From positions 1,562,618-1,626,617 of the forward strand of contig NW_004797332.1 of NCBI RefSeq assembly GCF_000002075.1: DNA of 64,000 nucleotides, in the 5' to 3' direction. The notes under the pieces are model-generated. The model searched no databases. It worked only from the letters and a program-made list of their open reading frames with translations, and had not been told where the DNA came from. Of the stretch, positions 26,301 through 38,300 are shown piece by piece. This stretch comes from Aplysia californica. Its lineage: Eukaryota. Both the position numbers and the translations under genes were made by a program. Numbering within the stretch: the first letter of the stretch is position 1; the number at the start of each line of letters is the position of its first letter.

Positions 26301-29300
26301 CCATCCACCCTGTCGCTGCTAAGATATCCTTTCTCTGTCCTCCAAAAGACAACGCAAGCTGCAGGAGACAGTACTGGCTGTGAAACAACTGGACACCAGC
26401 ATGAAGAACCTGAGCCGCTGGTTGTCGGAAGTGGAGGAAGAGCTCACCGAGGTCATCTCGTACCGAGACAGCAACCTGCGAGAGATCCAGTCCAAGCTGC
26501 ACCACACACAGGTAAACTGTTTACCTACTAAGAGTTGTCTTGTAAGCTAGGAGCAATGTTTGTTCTGGTCGACCTCTTTTTCTTTTTACAAACAGCTGAG
26601 CAGACATATTCTCTGGTAGACTTCCTTTTTTTCACTATAAACAACTGAGTTTAAATATTATTCTCTGGTCGACCTCCTTTTTTCCTTTAGAAACAATTGA
26701 GCATATGTCTGTTGTTAATCTGCTGTAGTTATAGACCCAAATATTTAGTGGCAAAACTTTCTTGTGTGGGTGGCTGGTGGATGCTCTGATGTGATTTGCT
26801 CCTTCTTTCCTATCAAACGTCTTTCATCCTTTTCTCTCCTCCTTTTTTTCTTTGCATGTAACTGTAACTCACTAGTAACGCCTCTAACATTTAGCACTTG
26901 TGTAATGTATTTGTGTTGCAAGTTCTATAAAGCTCATATAAAAATTTAACTAAAACCTCTCTAAAAAAAGATTGATCATTTTCTGTTGACTTATGCAACA
27001 CTGGTTTTGTATAATTAGTCATATTCTAACTACAATGTCAGTTTTTGAAATAAGGTAGACTATTAAAATTCAGTGTGAAATCTTAAAATGATATCAATCA
27101 ATTAAAATTGACTTTTGTTCTTTCATCTTAAAGAATCTCAAAGATGATTCAGTTTATATCCCAAGAAGGCATGGTTTTTTGCTGCTTTTTTACTCAATAA
27201 AGTATAATTAGGATGGCCTTTTACTTTTTCTCACTCTCTTATAATGCATTGATGTAAACTCCTCTCTATTTTGCTTTGCAGGAGCTACAAGAAGACATTG
27301 AGCGACACAGCGCCGGTGTGTCATCCGTGCTGAACCTGTGTGAGGTGCTGCTGCACGATTCCGACGCGTGTCCCACCGAGACGGAATTCAATGCCCTACA
27401 ACACGCCATGCGGAACCTCGAGAAGAGATGGAGGAATATTTGTTCTTTGTCCCCCCAGCGACGCACAAGGTCAGTGCTGCATTTTGTTGTTGTCGCAACT
27501 GTTCTTGGCGTCTTTGTGAGTGCGTCTTCTTCCTTTTTCTGCTCTTCTTTTTGTTCCCGGCACTCATTTTCATATCTTCAGTTAATTCTGCAGGTGGTTG
27601 GAGGGTGCTACTGTCTTACTCTTTTCGAATTCTGAATGACCATTTTTGTGCAGATGTGCTTTTTCTACTCAAACAAACATTCTGTGTTTTAGTCTCAGTT
27701 TTTGCTTGTTTATAGTCATTACATTACAGTGTATCATCAGACTTAGGAAAAGTTACAGGTAGACTTGAGAGCCAAAATTTTTTAATAAATTGAATGATCA
27801 TCGGACTAGATGCACCAATTTTTTTTTCATGGCAAAAACGATCATTTTCGTTAGTGAATGTTTCAAAGTCTGTGTACGTGGTTTTCTAGGGTGGAGGAAA
27901 CCTGGCGAATGTGGGAGATATTCCGCGAGGATTGTCATAAGTTCTCTGACTGGCTGACAGAGACGGAGAGTGAAGTTCGCCACCATGAGGGAGAGGTGCC
28001 CAACATCAGAGTTGCCAAAGAGGAGATCAGGAAATATGAGGTATGAACCATAGAATGTGGGTGGCTAGAGGGTGATCTGGTGTGGTTGGCTCATTCTTTC
28101 CTATCAAAAGTCCACTGTTCTTATCACTCATTCTTTTCTTTCTTCCTTACTCTTTAGTAACACCTCTAATCTTCGGCACTTATATATATAATTTAATTGC
28201 ATTGCAAGAGCTGTAAAACTCTTGCTAAAACAATAAAAACATAGAATTCCATTCATAACTCCACTATTGGCTTGATTATGGCACCAGAAACCAACCCTAC
28301 AGATCTTACCACACACCTGAGTATATGCTACCTTCGGCGTTGCCCTTCTGCATACCAAGTGCTTGCCTTAGATTTTTTTTAGCTTTAGTTTTAGTAAGAG
28401 TATTTCGGCAATTGCAATGAAATTAGGTTACATGAGTGCCTAAGATTAGTGGTGTTACTAGAAAGTAACATATAAAGCAAAGAAAGAGGAGAAATAAGGG
28501 CGATGAATTTTTGATAGGAATGGAGTAAATAGAGCTACTAACCCGAAGGGGTTCAGGTAATGGATTTGATAGGTTTAGGATAGCAAGGCTCAACGGGTTA
28601 AGAGTGAGTGATTTAGCATGTAATTAAATGGTATCATTCCCTTTTTTATAATGGTTGTATTTTCTCTAAGTAGTTTAATCAATTAAAACAAATGAATTAC
28701 TGATGCTTGACACAAGCTAACATTCTGCTCTGGAGGTCTTTTTTCATTCTTGTGCTCCACTTCATATTACATTTGTTAGTCGTTAGAATTTGAAAAAAGG
28801 TTCAAAAGGAATTGATCCTGAATTCTTAATGATGATGAAGTTATAGAGACCTCTATGGCAAAATGCACTTTATCCATTTACTACAAAATCGAGAAAAATG
28901 GGGAAAAAAACTTGTTCTCCGGAAACAAAAATATAAAGAAAACACAATTTTACCATCAAAATATTTGAGGGGTACGCTGCATTTTTAGAAAGAAAAAAAT
29001 GTTCACAACAATTCTTTTTATAAGTTTATAGAGCGAATGAGGTTTCAAAATGCCCAGATTTTTGCATACATTGTGATCTGTAATGGAACCCTACATATGA
29101 AGATGCTTCTTGCAGTCTAAAAACTGTGGACTCAAAAGCTGCATCTTTCATAAAGCTAAGTATCCTCAAATCTGATAGTGAAGGAAGGTTAGTAAGGAAT
29201 ATTATTGAGAATTTTTGCACTTGCTATTTTTCAGAACCTCCAGAAGAAGGTCCATGACCATTTGGGTGATCTTGAACTCATCAACCGACAGTACAGACAA

Positions 29301-32300
29301 CTCGCTAAAGAAGGTCGAACTGACACAGATGGTTCGCTCAAGGTCACGATGACCGACCTGAACAATCGGTGGGATGCTCTGCAGCTTCGTGTCACCGAGG
29401 TAAGATAAGGGTTTCAAATATTGTCTTTGTGATTAAAGTCGTATGTTGTCTTTCATCCCATCAAAACAGTAGTTATTCAACATTTTCATTATCATTCTTG
29501 TGAAAGATATTTTCATGCACCCTACATCTTTGATTGTTAAAACTTTTTTGTTTATTGATAATGGATTGTAGAGATGGTGTTCATAATGAAACAGGCCCTC
29601 TAATGTAATCAGTTTAATCTATTTTTTTTCTCAGCCCAGGATCAGTTCTAAATTGTGCCAATAGAGGCATAAAAAAGAAACCACATAAAGGGGTTTTGTC
29701 TTACTTTCTCAAAGAAATGCAAATAATTGTTTTCCATGACTTAAGAAAATGGAATTAAAAATACCTTGCCTTCCAATTTCAGATCATGAAGACGCTGCGC
29801 CATTCCTCCAGCATCCGACAAGACTTTGACGCAACACGCATGTCTCTCATGACGTGGCTGACTGAGGTGGACGCCCAGCTCGCAAATCTTCAAGAACTGA
29901 CCAGCATTGATCTGGAAACAAAGGTCAATGAAATCAGGGTGAGTTGTTAAAGTGTGATAAGTCGATTATTTTTCTATTGGATTCCTCATGTAGGTTGGGG
30001 GTTTTTTGGTGCATCTAAATAACCATTTCAAAAATGTAATCTGTACCTCTACTATAAATAATTTACCCTCAGCTTTTTCACCGAGAGCATATTGTAAGTC
30101 AAAACTTTAAAGGTACAAAATTTATATATCACAATTAGCCAGAACAATGTAGGGTGGAAAAATGACTTTGTATTTTGTATTTTCTTTATTTCCATCTTTG
30201 CAAAATACATATCATACTCCCAAGATTAGCTTTTCAAATTGCATTTCAAACCGACATCATCTCTGGTCATTAGCTCAACACTTACATCCATTATCACTAT
30301 GTAAAAGAGTCTAAAGTAGGTCACATTCTCATCATCATTCAGTCTCAAGGACGATGTGCAGTTTCATGTGAATTTGGGGAAGCTGAGGCTAGTCTCTTCA
30401 TGTGTAGGTGGTTAGTTTTGATATTCTTCAGCTATAAGACTACATCAAAGAAAAACTAACATTTATACTTATCAATCAAAAAGAGCTGTAGTAGTGTCTG
30501 GCAATGGTATGAATTCTTGATTCGAAAAAAAAAAAAAAGCTTGCATCCCAAATTTCATCTTCAATCCAATCCACAGCGCATTGAGGATGAAGTGCACACC
30601 AAGAGACACAGGATGGAGTACTTGGACCAGGCGGCTGTGTATCTGATGCAGAAGGGAGACAGTCAAGAAGCCTTACGTGTTCAGAGAGAGCTGGATGAGT
30701 TCCGCGTGTACTCTAAACGCGTGTTGCAGCGCGTCGTCACTACACAACTGTACATTGAGAGGATGATGGTCGCCCAAGTATGTCGCCAGCCACTCATATC
30801 GTTATATTTCTTTTTTGTTTTTAATTTCGAGTTGTGATGAACATATTGAAGGCTAGCTGTTCAAATTAACTAAGCCCAGAAAGCAAAGTTTTTCAGGAGA
30901 GGGAAAAAACTGTTACCTTCTTTTAATTATTATACCAACATTAGGTATTTTTTTCCTCCTTTTTTTATACATTTAGAATTTGAATTTCGACAAAATTGTT
31001 CTTGAGCACATGCAACCAATACCACAGATTAAGAAACTGCAGTTTTTTTAATGTTCAAAATGTTGGGCTTAGAGTAGAATTACAGCTGGCTGACGATGTG
31101 CATCTTTTGGCCTGCACAAAATCAGAACTATAGGAGGAACTATCAGAGACATGATTCAGTCTGTTTTCAAGAGTATTGTTTGCTCTCACATCATTACAAA
31201 GGTCAAAAAAGAACTTTGTAAACAATTCATAACCTTTCCTTAAATTAAGCGACCTATTTATAGTCCCCCCATTTGTTGACAAAGTGATGGAAATTAAATT
31301 TACAGAAAACAATCCTGTTTACTTTTTGGAAGTCATGGTTGGTGGTCAGATCTACGGTCAAAGCAGTGCACTCACTGGTTCAGCCAGCCTGTTATTTCCT
31401 TCATTCGTCTATACATCTTTGTATTGTTTGGCAAGAAGCATTGAGACTCCATACTTTTTTTCTTTTAATTACATATTTCATTGGTAGATTCACTATATTT
31501 CATCTTTGTGAGAGAAGAAATATACTGATTATTAAGATATGGTATAGATGGTATAGATGAGGTCATGTTTCATCATAAAGAACTTTGAAGAGGATTCAGT
31601 TTATATCATAAGGAGGCATGGTACTTTGTTGCTCTTTGACTTGTCGTGTCACTTTTAAGAAGAAGTGATCAGAGATACCCCCACCCAAATTTCTTTCAGG
31701 AAATTATGATAATATGTGAGGCATCGTGGTGAAATCAGGCGCTCATCAAAATTATGAAATCAAAGAAATCAGCATCTTATTGGCCAATGGACAATTTTTT
31801 TATAATTTTCTTTTTTTTTGGCTCAACACCTTTTATGTCTAATTAAAAACACATTTCTGTGTGTATTTTTCTGTAAAACATTGATGAAAGGCACAAAAAA
31901 TGTAAATTTTTTATTTCCAAGCACTATTATGCTATGGAAGTTACCAAACTTTGGTAGTCATTTTCTCAATAATTTTACCTTTCAAACCAGGCGTCCATGA
32001 CCTCCTTAAATCGCAAATATCTCGACTTCTATTCAACATAGATCAATATTTTTGTTCATCAAAAGGAAGGCGAATGAACAGGCTTTAAGATAATACCAAT
32101 ATTCCCATAGGCCTAAAAATTGACGAGCACTTGATTCCATCACCTCCTGACAAATATATTGATTATCTAGTATAAATGGTGTAGATGTTTCATCAGAAAG
32201 AATTTTAAAGAGGATTCAGTTTATAGCCTAAGGAGGCATGGTACTTTGTGTCTCTTTGACTTATCATCTCATGTCAGTTTTAGGAAGAGGTCATCAGTGA

Positions 32301-35300
32301 TAACCCCCACCCATATTTTTTTCTCAAATTTTAATAATCTTTTTCTTTACATCTAGGTGGAGTGGATGGTTGGCGGGTGCTATAGTGTCGTTTGCTCCTT
32401 TTTCCTATCAAACATCTATCGTCCTGATCTCTCCTCCTTTTTTGTGTTTGTTACTCTCTTGTAACACCTCTAATCTCTGGCACTTATATGACCTTATTGT
32501 GTTGCAAGTTCCGTAAAACTCTTACTAAAACTATTTTTTAAAAACAACCTAGGTGGAGGACCTTCCCTCGAGTGTGGATCGTCTCCGAGAGTTGAGAGAA
32601 GCAGAAGCGACCGCCACACTGAGTCAGGTGGAGGAATACCTCAAGACGTCCCCTCCTGAATCACCACCTATGAGGAAAAGAACGGACGCATCACCAAGTC
32701 GCGTGACCATCCCCCCAGCACTACGCACAAGCTCCCCGATTGGCAGGCCAGGGTCACCGTCCAGAAGGTCACGATCGCCATCCCCCAGAAGGTCAAGGTT
32801 GCCAGGGAGCGGTTCTGGTTCGTCAGCAAGGATGAGTCCAAGACGATCATCATCCCCATCTAAAGTCGCCTTAGACATCATGGATGGAAGAGGTGACTAG
32901 CATTAGGAACATTGTGGCTCAGTTCTTTAGGACAGACCTCCCTCTTGGCTTGAATTAATTGAAACATTCCTTACACTTGGCGAGGTTGGAGGGTGCCATA
33001 TATAGGTCCTACTTCTTTTCTTTCTCTCTGTTGTTTCTTTCTGTCACTCTTACTTTTTCCCAGCACTAAATGACCATAATTATTATTGTGTCAATGTGTT
33101 TCTCTTTACCCAGACTCGGACACTTTCTCCTTTTTGGTCTCTGCTCGGATTGTTTTTCATCATGTTCCAATTTAATAGTTTCCATGACACTCTGAGAAAG
33201 ATGGCACTTATTGTTTTTGTCAAAACAAACTTTTAGAAATTACTGGGCACAACAAGGTATGGATTGCAAAACGCATAGAGCTTACTGTTGAGTGGGGATA
33301 TGTGCTATGCAAAATGCTATTTTTTCTTTTATTATTTATTCTTATTATTTGCATCCAGCAGTGGAAGGACAGTGCTTGGACCATTGTACTGCAGTAGTAT
33401 CTTTTGTTTGTCTTTCTTGCTTCATTGCCTTGTTGAACAACAGTGTGGATGGTTGGTGGGTGCTCTGGTGTGGTTTGCTCCTTCTTTAACTATCAAACAT
33501 CTATCGTCCTTATCTGGCAACACCTTCAGTATTTGGCACCTATATGACCTTATTGTGTTGCAAATGCTGTAAAACCCTTATTAAACTAAGCAGAACAATA
33601 ATCAATGTGCTGATGCGCTTTTCAGTATCTCAACTGACAAACATTTGTTTGTGCTCGTTGACAGAGTCTCCGCGACATGACCTTGGGGATCTCGAGCGCT
33701 CGGCAAAGATTGATGTCCTCATGGAACAGCTGGTGGAGTCACTGGACGACTGCAACGTCAAACTGGCCAGGCTGGAGGCAACCATGAGGTCCCAGGGCTC
33801 TGATGCTGAACACATGGTGAGTTGTAGTGAGGGGAAATTGTCGTTTTGTTGTGGTATGATCAGACAGAACATAAATATGGTGAGTTATAGTTAGGGTAAG
33901 AGTTATAGTTAGGGTAAGAGTTATAGTTAGGGTAAGAGTTATAGTTAGGGTAAGAGTTATAGTTAGGGTAAGAGTTATAGTTAGGGTAACTGCCATTTGT
34001 TAAGCTATGGTCAAAGATCTTGCCACTGATGCAGAACAGATGTTGAGTTGTATTAGGGAGAACCACCATTTGTCATAACATTAATATCCTCTCCCCCGCT
34101 TTTCTCCTGCTACTACAGATGCAGCTGATGGTGGAGTGTGAGGTGGCGGTGGACAATGTGCGGAGACTGGACCGCCTGCTCAAGACAGAGACCAGGGTGG
34201 ATGTCATTGCCAGCGCTGATGCAGAAGTCAGATGTAAGCTTTTCATCTGGTTTTTTGGGGGTTTTTTGCTCCTTAAGTGGTCAGGCTCCCTGAATCGCAA
34301 CCCTAAGTCGTGGGTTCCAATCCTGTCAGGGCCCAACTTTGTGTCCTTGGGAAAGGCACTTTGCACAAATTCCTCACTCCACCCAGGTGGGAATGAGTAC
34401 CCAGCTATAGACAGCGAAAGATCTTGTCAGTTTGATAGTGTTTGAGCGCTTAATCAGCTGCTTGCATTGTATGTTTCCTGGGGAGCTGGGAATGTCTCTG
34501 AGTGTTCTATGGTCTGCTGAGGTAATAATATAGTGTAAAGCTTGCTGTTGAGCGTGGGTATGAGCTATACAAATGCTATTTATTATTATTATGCATCTAA
34601 TCTTTGTCTAGTGTTGTTTTATGTTCTTATTTACCTTTTTTCTAGTACTTTGATTGGATTTCTTTAACTCCTTTTTAACTCCCAACTGTTCTGATTTCAT
34701 ACTATTCCTCTTTAGAAGAATTGTCACCCATGAAAATATGAATAACCTACAAATCTTCAAATTGATAGCGAGAAGTCATCTTAATTTGTAAATATGTATT
34801 AAATTTTACTTACTACGTAAATTTTTAGATGAAAATATTTTAAGAGTGTTAAAGGAGCTTCTTACTAGAAAGATACATATATCTTGTAAGTGAACTGTTA
34901 GGCTAATGCAACGACTGATGATTATCAAGAGTCTCTGGAGACAACAATCAACCAAAAAAAAAAAAAAGATTCAACCTCCCAAGAAAGGGACCATGTTAGA
35001 AAGAATAGGTGCATTTGTTTAAAGTAGTCAAATGTGAGGAGCCAGAAGAAAATCAGTCGGATCTCACTAGTCCTGGAGCTAAGATATTACCAAACGGAAT
35101 GAAAATATTTGTTTAGAATGGAAAATGAGTTACTTGCATAATGAAATACTCCAACATCTTATTTAAGTGTTCTGAAAAAAAAATACTTGAAAAACAACTA
35201 GAAATGTGTTTTTAAACGATTTCTTAACATGTTGGTGAAAATGGAATGTTCTGACTTCAAACCCGGATTTCTCGCAACTGAGTACCAGGGAGATGACTGG

Positions 35301-38300
35301 CTTAATATGCTTATATCTTAGCTTCTAATTAACATATTTCAAGTCAGCAAACTCCCATTTACTCAAGAGATATTGAATATCTGATTGTTCATATTGCTAT
35401 TTTCACAACTGTTTGATTTTCCCATAGCACCTTGGGTGTATCTGACTGTGAAAAGGGAATTGATTAACTTAATAACTATAATTAATCATTATACATTATA
35501 TTTTGTGCAGTGGTGATACAGAGGTGGGAACACCTACAGAGGCGAGCCCTAGACCAGGACTTGAAGGTATCCCAGGAGAGACATGACCTGGTCCAGTTTG
35601 CCGGCGAGCTGGACAATATGCTGGCCTGGCTGGACGAGGCGGAGGCTTTGCAGGCCACCCACCGCACGCTCCCGTCGGACATCAGCCAGCTGGACAGAGT
35701 TGTCAGGCAGTACAAAGTGAGTATGATTAGAGACAGTTGTCAGTCAGTGTGAAGTGAGTATGGTGAGAGACAATTGTCAGACAGTGTGAAGTGAGTATTT
35801 TGAGAAACAATTGTCAGACAGTGTGAAGTGAGTATGGTGAGAGACAATTGTCAGACAGTGTGAAGTGAGCATGGTTAGAGACAATTGTCAGACAGTGTGA
35901 AGTGAGTATGGTTAGAGACAATTGTCCGACAGTGTGAAGTGAGTATGGTTAGAGGTGATATTTTGACTAGGTACAATTGTCAGACAGTGTGAAGTAAGTA
36001 TGGTTAGAGACAGTTGTCAGACAGTGTGAAGTGAGTATGGTCAGAGACAATTGTCAGACAGTGTGAAGTGAGTATGGTTAGAGACAATTGTCAGACAGTG
36101 TGAAGTGAGTATGGTTAGAGACAATTGTCAGACAGTGTGAAGTGAGTATGGTTAGAGACAATTGTCAGACAGTGTGAAGTGAGTATGGTTAGAGATGATA
36201 TTTTGACTAGGTACAATTGTCAGACAGTGTGCAGTGAGTATGGTTAGAGACAATTGTCAGACAGTGTGAAGAGAGTATGGTTAGAGACTGTTGTCAGACA
36301 GTACAAAGTGAGTATGGTTAGAGACAATTGTCCGACAGTATAAAGTGAGTATGGTTAGAGACAATTGTCAGACAGTATAAAGTGAGTATGGTTAGAGACA
36401 ATTGTCAGACAGTATAAAGTGAGTATGGTTAGAGATGATATTTTGACTAGGTACAATTGTCAGACAGTGTGAAGTGAGTATGGTTAGAGATGATATTTTG
36501 ACTAGGTACAATTGTCAGACAGTGTGAAGTGAGTACGGTTAGAGATGATATTTTGACTAGGTACAATTGTCAGACAGTGTGCAGTGAGTATGGTCAGAGA
36601 CAATTGTCAGAGAGTGTGAAGTGAGTATGGTTAGAGACAATTGTCAGACAGTATAAAGTGAGTATGGTTAGAGATGATATTTTGATTAGGTACAATTGTC
36701 AGACAGTACAAAGTGAGTATGGTTAGAGATGATATTTTGATTAGGTGCAATTGTCAGACAGTGTGAAGTGAGTATGGTTAGAGACTTCGTTACCTCAAAT
36801 TACAAAGCACTCTCTGACATATTTGGCCGTTTTGAGTTACTAGGACAATGAGGTCAGAAACCAAATGTTCAATCTTCTTTATAAAAATCATAAGATTATA
36901 CAGAGTCATTATCAAGATATTCAAAGAACTGCATGCTTTTTAAGAACTGCATGCGAAAAAGCTTGACATGATGTGAAACTCAAAATCTTTTACATCAAAT
37001 TTCTCAAAGCTAGGTAGGCCTACTGAGCAGACAGAACTTTGTAATTCTGAGACAGCGACTTGTCAGACAGTGCAAAGTGAGTATCATATTTTAACTCGGT
37101 AGAGATACAATATAACACAGTCTTTTACCAAATCACGCTAAATAAGCTTTGAATGAAGACACAGAGAACGAAAATATAAGTGACATCATAACTTCCTTTT
37201 CCCCAGGACTTCCTGGTCCAGTTAGAGTCCAAGAAGAGCACAGTAACATCGATCAATTTGCTCAGTCGTAACTACCTCAGTATGAAAACGGCAGAAACAA
37301 GACAGCTGAAGGCAAAACTGAATGAGATGAACCAACGGTGGGAACTTGTTCTCACCAGAGCCACAGATATCCAGAGAGATCTACAGGTAAGACGTTTGAT
37401 CTTCCAACAAGGCAAAGGCAGCCAGTAGAACTGTTATCTGCATACTCAGTACCAGTAATCGCACTAGTTAAAGTTATCATGGTGATTTATAGTTTGAGTT
37501 TGTCGCACTGGCTGAAGATAAAACACAAGTTGCTAATGCTTTGAGTAAATCTAACAGTTAATCTTCCTTTTCAGAGTGTGTAAATAATTTGTAAACAATA
37601 AACTAGGAAACAGAGTTGAATTCCGCTGAAAGAACAAGAATTTGTGAGTCCCAAGAATATGAATTGGTTTAATAAATCTATCAATTACTCAACAACTTTA
37701 TCCCCTTGTAAGTTCTATGCGTCACTGTATGGAAATGAACTGAAGCCTTGTCCATTCTCACACTTTCTCTATTTTGTGTTCAGCGATCGCTGATACAGTG
37801 CCAAGAGTTCCACCACACCATCCATGACTATCAGTTGTGGCTCGAAGGAATCGAGGCCAAAGTCCGGCAGTGCGAGGCCATTCCTCCCAACGCAGAGGAG
37901 TCTGCTCTCTGGGCCAAGTATGCCATACTCATGGTAAGTTCAGGACACAATATTCTTTGTGTTAATGGCTTTGATTACACAGTCAACCACGCACATAGTG
38001 AAATTGGCAGCGAGGCAAAAACCTTTTCACTATGTACGAATTTGGCTGGGCACATGTTTTAAATACAAAGAATATAACGCATTGGAAAAAAATCTGTTCG
38101 TTGTATGCGTGCTAGATCGTATATTTGGCTTCCTTTTCATAGTGAGATTTTATTTTTCAGGGTAAGGTAGAAGTCACTTCTTGTTCTCCAGGTGATCTCT
38201 TGNNNNNNNNNNNNNNNNNNNNNNNNNNNNNNNNNNNNNNNNNNNNNNNNNNNNNNNNNNNNNNNNNNNNNNNNNNNNNNNNNNNNNNNNNNNNNNNNNN

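Noticed and set aside
33882-33989. True telomere or chromosome-fusion site; also the (TITLTL)n / (SYPNYN)n ORFs
   Set aside because: TTAGGG is embedded in an 18-bp unit inside an intron; the ORFs are artefacts of the repeat.
35699-36785. Regular ~37-bp repeats resembling a CRISPR array
   Set aside because: Head-to-tail units without unique spacers, in a eukaryotic intron, with no cas genes.
38151-38167. TTTTTCAG|G|GTAAGG as a 1-nt exon
   Set aside because: It would frameshift two phase-compatible exons and is not an AG|GT recursive site; plausibly chance, and it is next to a gap.
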